IMG/VR virus record: IMGVR_UViG_3300021958_011541
Location: 1-64,000 of that record
Length of the DNA stretch: 64,000 bases
Reading direction: 5' to 3' (one strand)
DNA from: a virus
Taxonomy: Duplodnaviria > Caudoviricetes
Program-made: the position numbers and the translations under genes
In this document: in pieces, positions 25,416 to 35,510 of the stretch
Layout: each line of letters opens with the position of its first letter
Position numbering within the stretch: position 1 is the first letter of the stretch
The notes under the pieces: model-generated
Database searches by the model: none
The model's input: only the letters and a program-made list of their open reading frames with translations
What the model was told of the DNA's origin: nothing

Positions 25416-27857
25416 ATTAATTTTTAACTTTCCTTTTGAAATACTAAGAGTTAAACTCGAGGAAGATATTGGACAAGAGGAAGACTTACTTTCTAAAATT
25501 ATTTTAGCAAGGTCATTTTCTAATTCTTTTTTAATTATATGTTTAACTGGCCTTGCCCCATCATTTAATTTAATTGCTTTATCTGAAATATATTTGTATA
25601 CAGCAGGTTTAACGACAATATTATTAATCGAAGAATTGATTTTAGAAAGACTTTTGTCTAGCTCTAATTTAGAAATTTTGAGTAAATCTTGTTCTGAAAA
25701 TGTATTAAATACAGCAAAAGTTTCTATACGATTAACTAATTCAGGTTTTAATTTTTTCTTTGCCGCTTCAAGAATTTTATCAGTTTGATCTTCCTTGGTA
25801 TTTGAACTCATGAAACCAACTGTAGAGCTTTTTTTAAGAAAGTCTGATCCAATATTTCCTGTTATTATAATAATACAGTTTCGAAAAGAAATCAATCTTC
25901 CCGAGCTATCAGTTAATTTTCCTTCTTCAAGAATTTGAAGCAATAAATTTGTTACATCTTCGTGAGCCTTTTCCACTTCGTCAAAAAGCAAAACCGAATA
26001 AGGTTTTTTTCTAACTCTTTCTGTCAAAGCTCCAGAAGATTCAAAGCCTACATATCCTGGTGAAGCTCCCACAAATTTTGCCGTTGAAGCTTGTTCTGAA
26101 TACTCTGACATATCAATATGTATTAAGCTTTTTTTATCTCCAAAAGCTAAATTTGCAACTTGTTTTGCTAAGTATGTTTTTCCTACACCACTAGTTCCCA
26201 GACATAAAAAACTACCTATTGGCTTTTCTTCATCTTTTAAACCTGCCTTATTTCTAATTAAGGTCTCGCAAATAGAGTGAATTGCTTCGCCTTGGCCAAT
26301 AACAACGTTTTTAAGTAAAGATTCTAGCTTTAAAAATTTGTCAGCTTCTGAAGTTGAAATGTCATCAATTGGAACTCCAGTTTTTTGAGATACAACTTTA
26401 TATAAATCTTTTTTACTAACTACAATTTCTTTAGAAGTGGAGTCTTCTGCCCAATCTTCAATAACTTCTTGGTATTTTTTCATTAACTTGTCTCTTTTTC
26501 GCATAATAATATTAGGCTCGCTTGATTTTAGCTCGACTTCGTATAGTTTATTAATTTCTGATTCAATCAGCAATGCTTCTTCGGGCCTTTTGAATGCATG
26601 AATTTTTGATTTTGCCCCTGCTTGATCAATTAAATCAATTGCTTTATCTGGCAATTGTCGATCTAATATAAATCTCGAAGCAAGCTTTATAGATTCTTCT
26701 AATAATTCATCTTCATATCTTACTCCATGAAAAATTTCATACTTTTCTTTTAAACCTTTAAGAATCTCAAGGCAATCTTTTTCATTTGGCTCTTCTATTA
26801 AAATAGGTTGAAACCTTCTATCTAATGCTGCGTCTTTTAAAATTGTTTTTCTATATTCTTCTTGGGTCGTTGCGCCTATGCACATGATATCTCCCCTGGC
26901 AAGCATAGGTTTAAGTATATTGGCTGCATCCATTGTACCCTCTGCACTACCAGCTCCAACTATCGAGTGTATTTCATCAATAAATACAATTGCATTTGGG
27001 TCTTTTTTAATTTCATCCATAGTATTCTTTAAACGTTCTTCAAACTGACCTCTATATTTCGTGCCTGCAATCATGCTTGCCATATCTAAAGAGTAAATTT
27101 TTTTCTTGTATAAAAATTCAGTTACAGTTCCTTCGATAATTTTTTGAGTTAAACCTTCTATCACTGCAGTTTTTCCTACACCAGCATCCCCTAAAAGAAT
27201 CGGATTATTCTTACTTCTCCTACAAAGAACTTCTGAAATATCTTTAATTTCTTTATCTCTGCCTATGACTTTATCATACTTTCCCAGTTCTGCTTTAGAA
27301 TTCATACAAAAGAAAAAATTAGATTTAAGAGATTCTTTATTGTCTTCAATTTCTTTTGGAAGATACTTGGCTTCCGCAGATAATCTTGTAGATTCTAAAG
27401 TATCTGCACTTGATATCAAAAACTGAGATCTTATTGTCAGAATACAGGATTGTAAACTCACTTCATTGCTTAGAAAAAATTCAGAAATTAAATTTTCTTC
27501 CTTTTTGAAGATTGATAAAAGTATGTGTTGTACTCCTATGTAATCATGCTCGTGCTTTTCTGCTTCCAATACTGCTCCGCCCAAAATAGATTTGTATTCT
27601 GCTGAAAAATAATTTTTTTTCGTTGGAGATGTTTGATTCTTTTTTAGTTTTTTAGAAATAAAAATTGTGAGATCTTTTCTATTCAAAGAAAAAGTATCAA
27701 ATAAAACCTCCAACGCTTGATTGTCAACTTTAGCTAATGCTAAACATAAGTGGTCTTCATTCACTACTCTTTTGTTATAAGAAAGCGCAAGCTTTCTTGA
27801 AGCTGCAATAATTTCTTGCGCTCTTGGGGTAAAATTAGGTTTAAGGTCCATATTCAT
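25407..27857 (-). CDS. clpC: ClpA/ClpC-family AAA+ chaperone
   Basis: N-terminal repeat domain, D1 GDAGVGKT/FIDEIH, D2 GTSGVGKT/FDEVEKAH, VGF ClpP-docking loop. Confidence 0.93.
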   Translation of the reverse strand: MNMDLKPNFTPRAQEIIAASRKLALSYNKRVVNEDHLCLALAKVDNQALEVLFDTFSLNRKDLTIFISKKLKKNQTSPTKKNYFSAEYKSILGGAVLEAEKHEHDYIGVQHILLSIFKKEENLISEFFLSNEVSLQSCILTIRSQFLISSADTLESTRLSAEAKYLPKEIEDNKESLKSNFFFCMNSKAELGKYDKVIGRDKEIKDISEVLCRRSKNNPILLGDAGVGKTAVIEGLTQKIIEGTVTEFLYKKKIYSLDMASMIAGTKYRGQFEERLKNTMDEIKKDPNAIVFIDEIHSIVGAGSAEGTMDAANILKPMLARGDIMCIGATTQEEYRKTILKDAALDRRFQPILIEEPNEKDCLEILKGLKEKYEIFHGVRYEDELLEESIKLASRFILDRQLPDKAIDLIDQAGAKSKIHAFKRPEEALLIESEINKLYEVELKSSEPNIIMRKRDKLMKKYQEVIEDWAEDSTSKEIVVSKKDLYKVVSQKTGVPIDDISTSEADKFLKLESLLKNVVIGQGEAIHSICETLIRNKAGLKDEEKPIGSFLCLGTSGVGKTYLAKQVANLAFGDKKSLIHIDMSEYSEQASTAKFVGASPGYVGFESSGALTERVRKKPYSVLLFDEVEKAHEDVTNLLLQILEEGKLTDSSGRLISFRNCIIIITGNIGSDFLKKSSTVGFMSSNTKEDQTDKILEAAKKKLKPELVNRIETFAVFNTFSEQDLLKISKLELDKSLSKINSSINNIVVKPAVYKYISDKAIKLNDGARPVKHIIKKELENDLAKIILESKSSSCPISSSSLTLSISKGKLKINLT

Positions 27858-27868
27858 AATAGGTTACA

Positions 27869-30439
27869 CTAATCTACATCACTAAGTTTCATATAAATCT
27901 TGTGATCTAAGATATTCATGCTGTTTGCGAATAAAATATCATCTCCCTTTCTTCCAGTTACTGTAATTATATTGCCTTTCTCTGGAATAATTCCGCCAGA
28001 ATCGGTATATTTTGATAAAGTTAATCTATTTCCAAAGTCTCCCATCATAATATCCATACTTCCCACTTCATCAGTCATTGTTAGTTTAACATAAGGATTT
28101 CCATTTCTGGACTTTCTTTTTATAACATCCGATACAGTGCCTATAAAAACGTCAGACTCGTCTTTAGATAAAGATCTAAAATCAAAACTGTCTTTTATAA
28201 GATGTCCCGAGGACTTAAAAATTGAGTTAAGTTTACAGGTATAAGAATATCCTAATAATTTATTCTCGAAATACCAATTTGCAAATAATTCATGAGATTT
28301 ATTTTTGTCATAGATTTTTTTATAAGAATCAAATTTCTTTTTAAATGTTGCAAAACGCTTTTCTGTCATTAGTTTTTTGCCGTCATCTCCTACCAATATT
28401 CCTTTTTTTGCATCTGAAATTGCTTTTAATAAACTAAAGTTATACTTTTCTCCTAACTGATAAAAGTTTCTTTTTTCCCTCTCAGTTAATAGATTAAAAG
28501 ACTGGGCTTCCAAAACTAAAAGCGATCGATTGGTTTTATAGCTAGACAGCGCTCCTGCCTGAATTAAGGAAGATAAGGCTCCAATGTTTAGGCCCGCTTG
28601 CTTTGCAGCAATAAAGATATCGTATTTATTTGGAGTGTCTGAATCTCTAAAATCTCTCAGAGCTTCAAAGGATTTTTCGCTAACACCCTTAATGCTATTT
28701 AAGCCAAATCTAATGTTTGATTCTTCTATAGAAAAGTCTATGTTTGACTTAGCTAAATCAGGAGGAAGTAATTGAAAATTAAACCGAGAAAGTTCTTGGC
28801 AAATCTTATTGATTTCTTCCTGAGGAGACGGCTCGAATTTAGTCATCTTAAGCAAAGATAAGAAAAACTGTTGAGGATATTTAAATTTTAAGTATACTGT
28901 CCAAGCAGAAAGTATTGCATAACTGATACTGTGAGACTTATTAAAAGAATAGTTTGCGCTATCTTCTGCAACCCTCCACAGAACATCTCCTGCATCTTCT
29001 GAAAGATTGTTTTCTTCAATTTTAGATTTGATTTTTTCTTGCCAAGCAGGCATTTGATCTACCTTTTTCTTTCCAACGATTCTTCTTAATTGCTCGGCTT
29101 CATCAAGAGTGAAGCCTATTTTAACCGCCATTTGCATTAACTGTTCTTGGTAAAGAGGAATGCCTGCTGTAGGCTCTAAAATTTCATCAAATAGTTCGTG
29201 AACGCTTTGAGAGTTTCCTGTTTCTCTATAGGCCGAGTAGTCGTTTAAAAAATCTAGGGCTCCAGGCCTTGCAATAGCAATTACAGCACTAAGCTCATCT
29301 AGATTTCTAGGTTTAATTTTTTTGCATACTCTAAAATCTGTATCCGCTTCAATTTGAAATATTCCATGAGGAGAAATCAAGTCTTGCAAGCTATCATATA
29401 TAAGCTTGTCTGAAGTCTTGATGTCTTGAGGTTTGATATTTAAAGCATTACAAGTATTGTATATTACACTCAAAGTTCTTAAGCCTAAAATGTCAAACTT
29501 AACAGTAAGTTCTGCTACCCAATTCATATCATAACCACTAATAATATCTCCTTCGGAGTTGGTCTGTAAGGGGCAAATATCCTCTAATTTTTGATATGAA
29601 ATTGCTATGCCACTTGGGTGAACGCCTGTATTTTTATTAAGGCCCTCTAACTTTTTTGCAATTTTTATAATGTGCTTGTTATCTTTAGACCAAGCGTTAA
29701 ACTTTTCGCTTTCTTTTGCAGCTTCTTCTATAGGTAAGACTTTACCAAACCTTTTAGGAATAAAGTCGCTAACTTCATTTACTTCTTGTTCTGTAAGATT
29801 ACCTACTAATTTACCACATTCTTTAATGCAAAGTTTGGAGCTTAGGGTATTAAGCGTTAAGATTTTGCATGTTCTTGATGGATACTTATTTTCAATATAT
29901 TTAATTACTTTTTGTCTATGTTCGTAAGCAATATCATTATCTACGTCTGCAAGTAGACTGCCATCTAAATAAGTTATACCATTCTCTTCTATTTTCTTTG
30001 CCCTACTCTTAGAAACAAATCGCTCAAAGAATAAATCGTTCTCTATAGGATCTACTTGCGTTACCCCAATAAGATAAAGAACTAAACTACCTGCAGCAGA
30101 GCCTCTTCCTGGCCCTGTAGGTATGTTATTGTTATGGCAATAATTTAATATATCCCAGTTAAGCAATATATAATCTATGAAACCTAGTTCATTAAGAATT
30201 GATAGCTCTTCCTTTACCCTTTCTTTGTAAGATTTAATATTCTTTTTATTAATAGGTTTTTCTTTTAAGCCTTGAAGGCATAAAGATGTCAGGAATTTTG
30301 TATTCGAAGAATCTGCACTTAAGCCTAACCCTTCATACATTTCTTTCTCGATAATAATTTCTGGCAATCTTACTCCAGGAGGAGCAAAATTTTTGTAAGT
30401 TTCAAACCCTTCTTCAAAACTCATATTTCTACCTCCCAT
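27869..30439 (-). CDS. dnaE: DNA polymerase III alpha (palm-thumb-fingers-OB, no PHP); start possibly 30424
   Basis: GPGRGSAAGSLV.Y, LFFERF, ADVDND, HPSG, KFDILGL, RPG, YQEQ.M, YSFNKSH. Confidence 0.95.
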   Translation of the reverse strand: MGGRNMSFEEGFETYKNFAPPGVRLPEIIIEKEMYEGLGLSADSSNTKFLTSLCLQGLKEKPINKKNIKSYKERVKEELSILNELGFIDYILLNWDILNYCHNNNIPTGPGRGSAAGSLVLYLIGVTQVDPIENDLFFERFVSKSRAKKIEENGITYLDGSLLADVDNDIAYEHRQKVIKYIENKYPSRTCKILTLNTLSSKLCIKECGKLVGNLTEQEVNEVSDFIPKRFGKVLPIEEAAKESEKFNAWSKDNKHIIKIAKKLEGLNKNTGVHPSGIAISYQKLEDICPLQTNSEGDIISGYDMNWVAELTVKFDILGLRTLSVIYNTCNALNIKPQDIKTSDKLIYDSLQDLISPHGIFQIEADTDFRVCKKIKPRNLDELSAVIAIARPGALDFLNDYSAYRETGNSQSVHELFDEILEPTAGIPLYQEQLMQMAVKIGFTLDEAEQLRRIVGKKKVDQMPAWQEKIKSKIEENNLSEDAGDVLWRVAEDSANYSFNKSHSISYAILSAWTVYLKFKYPQQFFLSLLKMTKFEPSPQEEINKICQELSRFNFQLLPPDLAKSNIDFSIEESNIRFGLNSIKGVSEKSFEALRDFRDSDTPNKYDIFIAAKQAGLNIGALSSLIQAGALSSYKTNRSLLVLEAQSFNLLTEREKRNFYQLGEKYNFSLLKAISDAKKGILVGDDGKKLMTEKRFATFKKKFDSYKKIYDKNKSHELFANWYFENKLLGYSYTCKLNSIFKSSGHLIKDSFDFRSLSKDESDVFIGTVSDVIKRKSRNGNPYVKLTMTDEVGSMDIMMGDFGNRLTLSKYTDSGGIIPEKGNIITVTGRKGDDILFANSMNILDHKIYMKLSDVD

Positions 30440-31062
30440 AATTGTTTTTTGAGCACTTCATAATTAATATTAATATCGTATAATGCATCATGAAGTTTAT
30501 TTGGATCAAAATCTATTTTATATTTCTTTGCACACATTTGCAAGCTTGTTCTTAAACCTTTTTCAATATGATTGTTTAGGCTATACTGCCAGCAAATAGA
30601 GCTTTTATTCTGGGGTTTTGTAAGCTTTTTAGCTATACCTTTTGCTAGGCAATTTGTGTCAATAATTCTATTGATATAACTATAATCAGAAGACATATTT
30701 AAAAGCTTTCTATGTATATTATGAATATATACATCAAAACCTAAAACATTATGACCTGCTGGAATATATTCTTCGTTATAAAGATAAGACTCAAAATGAG
30801 ATAAAACTTCTAAAGGGCAGACAGCGAGTTTATTATACTTTGCCATTGAGAAACCAGTAATTTTTGCCGCGTCTTTAGAAATTTCTAAGTCGTCCCATTT
30901 TAAATAATAATCATGGGTTTCGAGGACTTTGTTGTTAGCAGCTATAATAAAAGATAACTGCCAAGGTTTGTTCTTTGTGCTGCAAAGATTGAGATTGCAA
31001 GTTTCATAATCAAAGATTAGGAATTTTTGATTTTTATTAAATCTTAATAAATTGTTATTCAT
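30421..31062 (-). CDS. DEDDh 3'-5' exonuclease (DnaQ-like)
   Basis: FDYET, GHNVLGFD, LHDALYD. Confidence 0.9.
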   Translation of the reverse strand: MNNNLLRFNKNQKFLIFDYETCNLNLCSTKNKPWQLSFIIAANNKVLETHDYYLKWDDLEISKDAAKITGFSMAKYNKLAVCPLEVLSHFESYLYNEEYIPAGHNVLGFDVYIHNIHRKLLNMSSDYSYINRIIDTNCLAKGIAKKLTKPQNKSSICWQYSLNNHIEKGLRTSLQMCAKKYKIDFDPNKLHDALYDININYEVLKKQLWEVEI

Positions 31063-31067
31063 TGCAA

Positions 31068-31796
31068 TTAGATTTGTTGTAAGCTTTCAATACAAAATTC
31101 TTGGCTTCCGCAGTGATCTAGATTGGGACATTCCAAAGAAGTACTTTTACCTTTCCATCCTGATCGATTGCATATTAATTTATAAGATTGAAAAGCTGAA
31201 AAGTCTTCTCTATTTTTATAATAAATAGTTTTAACCATTTCAGTTTCAAGGTTATTCTTTTTTGCAAACTTTAATACTTCATCTTTTACAATTGAATCAA
31301 AAGGTAATTGATTTTCTTCTATAAATAAGGTTGGCTTAGTAAAATTAAAGCTGGGCATGCATTTTGAAAACAATAAAGTATTATTAAATATAAAAGAATC
31401 ATAAAAGGGGATTACAAGCTTAAGGTTTTCTTCGCTCCATAAGTTTTTAAAATCTTTAAGTAAAATACTGTTTCCTCCTTCACTAAAGGTTTTTGTGTAA
31501 ATTTTATTTAATAGCTTACAACCTTCTCCATTTTTTGCAAAGACTATTAATTTGTGACAGTCTCCCTTAGACGAGGTTGAATCCGACTCGCAAACTGAAA
31601 TTCTTAAACCAAACACAAAATCAATATCGTAACATTTACTCATTTTTGCTGTTTCTAGAAAACCAGTTAAGCTATCTTCTACGATAAAAATTTTTTTTAG
31701 TTTAAGGTCTCTAGCTATATCAAATATTCCTTCTCCTCCTCCGAGCCTGAGAATACTTTTACCTATACTGAAGTGAGATTTAAATAAAGGAATCAT
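31068..31796 (-). CDS. Stand-alone PHP domain of DNA polymerase III alpha
   Basis: KSHFSIGKS, FVFGLRI, LIVFAKNGEGCKLL correspond to the DnaE N-terminus. Confidence 0.85.
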   Translation of the reverse strand: MIPLFKSHFSIGKSILRLGGGEGIFDIARDLKLKKIFIVEDSLTGFLETAKMSKCYDIDFVFGLRISVCESDSTSSKGDCHKLIVFAKNGEGCKLLNKIYTKTFSEGGNSILLKDFKNLWSEENLKLVIPFYDSFIFNNTLLFSKCMPSFNFTKPTLFIEENQLPFDSIVKDEVLKFAKKNNLETEMVKTIYYKNREDFSAFQSYKLICNRSGWKGKSTSLECPNLDHCGSQEFCIESLQQI

Positions 31797-31830
31797 ATGT
31801 GTTATATGATACCACCATGAAGCTATATTG

Positions 31831-32052
31831 TCAAGGTTTAAACTTCTCTAAAATGCTTTTTACAACTAACTCTCTAGTGTTATCTACCTCATCTGGAAGA
31901 CTAGTCTTTTTTCCTATAAGAGACTCAGCTTCAAGTATAGAATTATCTATAATTTTTTGCATTTCCCCACTGTATATTGAATGCTCTTTAATATAGTCTG
32001 CAAGAATCAATAAGTTTTCTATTGCAGTTTTTTGTTTTTTGTTTAACATCAT
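31831..32052 (-). CDS. Hypothetical protein
   Basis: GTGTA motif 12 nt upstream. Confidence 0.55.
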   Translation of the reverse strand: MMLNKKQKTAIENLLILADYIKEHSIYSGEMQKIIDNSILEAESLIGKKTSLPDEVDNTRELVVKSILEKFKP

Positions 32053-32897
32053 AATTTATTACACAAAAAATTATCCAAAGCAACTTCTTCAAAAGTTTGC
32101 AATTTTTCAAATTCAATTGGAGGTTGCAAGTAACAACAACCATCTGAAATATAAGGATTTGCCAAGTAAGCTCTATATGCAGGCATTCCAAACACAGAAA
32201 GTTTTTGATTGTAAATACTGCACACACCACTAAATGCAGACACTCCATATCTAAACAATATATCTGCTGATATCATATCGTGCATACATCTTTTTAATGG
32301 AGTTTTATAATGCGTATAGATTGAAAATTTAGGATCTCGATAAAGATCGTGGTCCCACTTTAAATGTAAATGTTCGTTTGAATAGATGTGTACGCTAATA
32401 AGATCGGCATTAACAGTTGCAAGCTTTCTAAAACAAGCAGGTATATAAGATTCAGGAGCCTCCCTGATTTCCCACATAGATTTATTAGGGTCGTTTCCCT
32501 CTTTATGTTTTTCTTTAGAGCATCCCCTGATATGTATTGCAACTTTCAAGCCTTTTGATGCTTTAAATTTTTCGGAATTTACTTTTTGTTCTAAGAAATA
32601 TTTATATCTTAATTTTGCAACAAAAGTTTTGTTAAATTTTATAGGGTTATACCTACAGAAATCTCTGGACAAGAAAGCTGGGATTATTTTATCTCCAATA
32701 TCTTCAATTGAATCTTTACAATCTGATGCAGGCTTACTGTTAAAACCTAAATTAAAAAAATTTTCAAAGTTTTTATACCTTTTAGGGAATGGCGTGTGAA
32801 AATACTCTAAATTATTAGCTTCTGCATAAGCCATGGCGTAAATCCTGCAATATAGTTGCATTCCTAGCTGGTCTTTTCTACTTGCGGTTATTTTCAT
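32049..32897 (-). CDS. GT11-like (alpha-1,2-fucosyltransferase-like) protein
   Basis: DQLGMQL (G.GNQ-like), VAIHIRG, HIYS, DMISAD, SAFS. Confidence 0.55.
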   Translation of the reverse strand: MKITASRKDQLGMQLYCRIYAMAYAEANNLEYFHTPFPKRYKNFENFFNLGFNSKPASDCKDSIEDIGDKIIPAFLSRDFCRYNPIKFNKTFVAKLRYKYFLEQKVNSEKFKASKGLKVAIHIRGCSKEKHKEGNDPNKSMWEIREAPESYIPACFRKLATVNADLISVHIYSNEHLHLKWDHDLYRDPKFSIYTHYKTPLKRCMHDMISADILFRYGVSAFSGVCSIYNQKLSVFGMPAYRAYLANPYISDGCCYLQPPIEFEKLQTFEEVALDNFLCNKL

Positions 32898-33817
32898 TTA
32901 TTTTTTAAAAACTTTTTGTGACACAAGACGGCTTTGGGAAATTTAGTTTGCACCTCTTTTATAGCTGTCTTTCTGTCTATGGCTAGAGATAGATCTAAAA
33001 TCAAATCTATATCCATAATTTTATTATTAGTATTGTTTAGCTTAAAAAGATCTGGGCCGACTTCTTTACAGTACCTATAAATTGCAACATCATAATTCAT
33101 AATTAGTGAATTTCTTTTACGATTATTTTTTTGATCGTTAAACCAATTAGTAATATTAGAAGGGGTCTCTAGAGTTAAGTCCCAAGACTTTTGACCTATA
33201 TCATTTGCTTGAATTCTTTGTTCGGCTATCTTGTTTATTAAATATAATTTAACTGATCGAACTAAATCATGCAAGAATTTTGAGTTTTTGTAAATAGCAA
33301 CTCCGTTTATGTGATTCCATTCCGTTTGTAAACAGTAAGGGTTTAGCCCTTTGTATTTACTTCCCGCAATAAGAAAATTTTTATTACAAAAAGATAAAAT
33401 CTTATCTAGCCAGTAATCTTGCAATGCAAATACGTCTGTCTCTAAGCATAAAAAATATTTATACCTTTTTCTTTGCATTAAATTTAAAGCCCCAAAGAAT
33501 AAAGAGTTTGGTCCAGCACTTAAGCCGAGTTCGCTTTTGGCTTCTTCTTTTCCTCGGGAAAGATAAACGTCGTCTTTATTATCTATATTTAAAAAATGTA
33601 TTTTAAGTTTTGAGTAGCTATTTTTTGGTAGACATTCTGATAAGTATTTAATATCTACTGGGAAGGATTTATTAAAAACAAAATAAAAAGAAATAGCATT
33701 ATCTTTACTTGCCGTAAATTTATTAAATAATTGATTTAAGCAAGATTTTATTGCCCCAGATTTATATTCAGCATATGTTACTAAAAATATTAGAGCAAAA
33801 TCCTGTCGAAGATTCAT
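32894..33817 (-). CDS. Putative GT-A-like protein
   Basis: FLCLETD, LIAGSKYKG, HINGVAIY, MNYDV; same domain as the N-terminus of 36151-38673. Confidence 0.55.
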   Translation of the reverse strand: MNLRQDFALIFLVTYAEYKSGAIKSCLNQLFNKFTASKDNAISFYFVFNKSFPVDIKYLSECLPKNSYSKLKIHFLNIDNKDDVYLSRGKEEAKSELGLSAGPNSLFFGALNLMQRKRYKYFLCLETDVFALQDYWLDKILSFCNKNFLIAGSKYKGLNPYCLQTEWNHINGVAIYKNSKFLHDLVRSVKLYLINKIAEQRIQANDIGQKSWDLTLETPSNITNWFNDQKNNRKRNSLIMNYDVAIYRYCKEVGPDLFKLNNTNNKIMDIDLILDLSLAIDRKTAIKEVQTKFPKAVLCHKKFLKNK

Positions 33818-35475
33818 TATTTTGGACTCTGGAAAGCGTGTTGCATGAAGTCATCATAAGCATGTTGGATTTTATTTACATATTTTGGATCTCCAGTAAA
33901 AGCTTGACACTCAAAAGTCCAAGATGTTTTATATTTAAGTTCATCATCGCTAGTGCAAAAGAATCCAATAACGCTTGAACAATCTCCTAAGTCTGACTTT
34001 TGGATTTTGTATATATTATCCTCTTCAGTATGTATAATATCCGCTCCATTGTTCTTTTTTAAATTTAATGAAAATTTTTGATCACTGTTTTCGTTAAGGT
34101 TTGAATGAATTAATAACTCGTCTTGTTTGAACTCGCAAAAAGATAAATTAAAATCTGCGGCTAGTAGAGGCTCTCGACCGTTAGATTGCCTACCTATATA
34201 CTCCATTAAATGAATTCTTATTTTGTCAGTAGGTTTAATCCCTAAATCATCTATTGAAAATTCCGCACACCCATAAGGGTGACCACCATTTTTGATAACT
34301 TTTTGTTCGCTTGTGCCAAATCCAGTAAAAAGCTTTAATATTAGATGGGAGTCTTTATGTTTTGAATCTCTATTATCTTCCCAAAAAAGTTTAGCCCTAA
34401 AGGGTTCTAGCCTAATATGAACACCTATGTCTTCATTTTGTATGGGCAATATTCCTTGTGATGCTTGAGCTTGATTGTTAACCGAAAGATCTTTATAAAT
34501 ATAATTTCTTAAATCTAAACTCATAGAAGCCGTAGATTTAAATTTATAAAAATGTTGCCTGCAAGACTGCTCATACTGCAGGAAAAGAGATTTTAAAAAT
34601 TTATTGTAAGAATTTCTTAGGCCTGGATTATTGATAAAAAACTTTTTAAAAAATGTTTCATCTTGTTGACGAAAATTTCCGTCAGACCAAACATGTTCTC
34701 CACCCCTGCAATCTTCTTGTCTCCAGACTCCAGCTTTGCTTTGTCCATCTAAGTGAATATTGTTTCTTGAGGGGTGTATACATCCACCGAAACGAGCCCA
34801 CGAAGAAAGATCTCCTTCTTCTATTTTGGATAACTCTGACTGTATGGAATCTTCTAAAAAATGCGTAACTTCTGGCCGATAAAATTCATCAATAATTGAT
34901 TGAAACTTATCTTTTTTTACGATGCAGCAATTATCCTGATTCCCAAAAGAAATTTTACAATCGTCCCAGTATGGATTGCTACAATAGTCTGGATGTTTTT
35001 GGATAGGGGTATTTCTCCACCAGGTTGGATCTAAGCTATTACTTGTATGCCTTGGAAACATTAAAATGTTAACAAAATCTGGAAAATTTCTCAACACGTT
35101 TAAAAAATCTACTCCAAACATTAGGTCAGTAAACACGGTATCGTGATTCATTAATAATACATACGGCGTTTTGATTAAACTTTCGTTCCATGCCTGCATA
35201 TAGTTCATTGTTAAGCCTATATGTTTTTTTGATCTTATTAAGCTAATATCTTTTAAATTAATATTAATTGAATTTAAATAATCCTCATAAAGTTTCTTAT
35301 TTTCTTCTTTGTTAAAATTAGATCTTGGGTTAACTCCATCTGCCGTTATTATAAACTCACAATCTTTTAGTGCAGAAGATTTAATCAAAGAATAATTAAA
35401 CTCAATCATAGAAATATCTGAACCAAATCTATGCGGGCTGGTTGCGCAGACAACTGTAAGTAGATTTTTTACCAT
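33817..35475 (-). CDS. GT2-like N-terminal domain plus unknown C-terminal region
   Basis: IITADG, YVLLMNHD, IHLDG. Confidence 0.5.
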   Translation of the reverse strand: MVKNLLTVVCATSPHRFGSDISMIEFNYSLIKSSALKDCEFIITADGVNPRSNFNKEENKKLYEDYLNSININLKDISLIRSKKHIGLTMNYMQAWNESLIKTPYVLLMNHDTVFTDLMFGVDFLNVLRNFPDFVNILMFPRHTSNSLDPTWWRNTPIQKHPDYCSNPYWDDCKISFGNQDNCCIVKKDKFQSIIDEFYRPEVTHFLEDSIQSELSKIEEGDLSSWARFGGCIHPSRNNIHLDGQSKAGVWRQEDCRGGEHVWSDGNFRQQDETFFKKFFINNPGLRNSYNKFLKSLFLQYEQSCRQHFYKFKSTASMSLDLRNYIYKDLSVNNQAQASQGILPIQNEDIGVHIRLEPFRAKLFWEDNRDSKHKDSHLILKLFTGFGTSEQKVIKNGGHPYGCAEFSIDDLGIKPTDKIRIHLMEYIGRQSNGREPLLAADFNLSFCEFKQDELLIHSNLNENSDQKFSLNLKKNNGADIIHTEEDNIYKIQKSDLGDCSSVIGFFCTSDDELKYKTSWTFECQAFTGDPKYVNKIQHAYDDFMQHAFQSPK

Positions 35476-35510
35476 TTGAATATAATATAAATGAACGCCG
35501 CTATTTCAAA

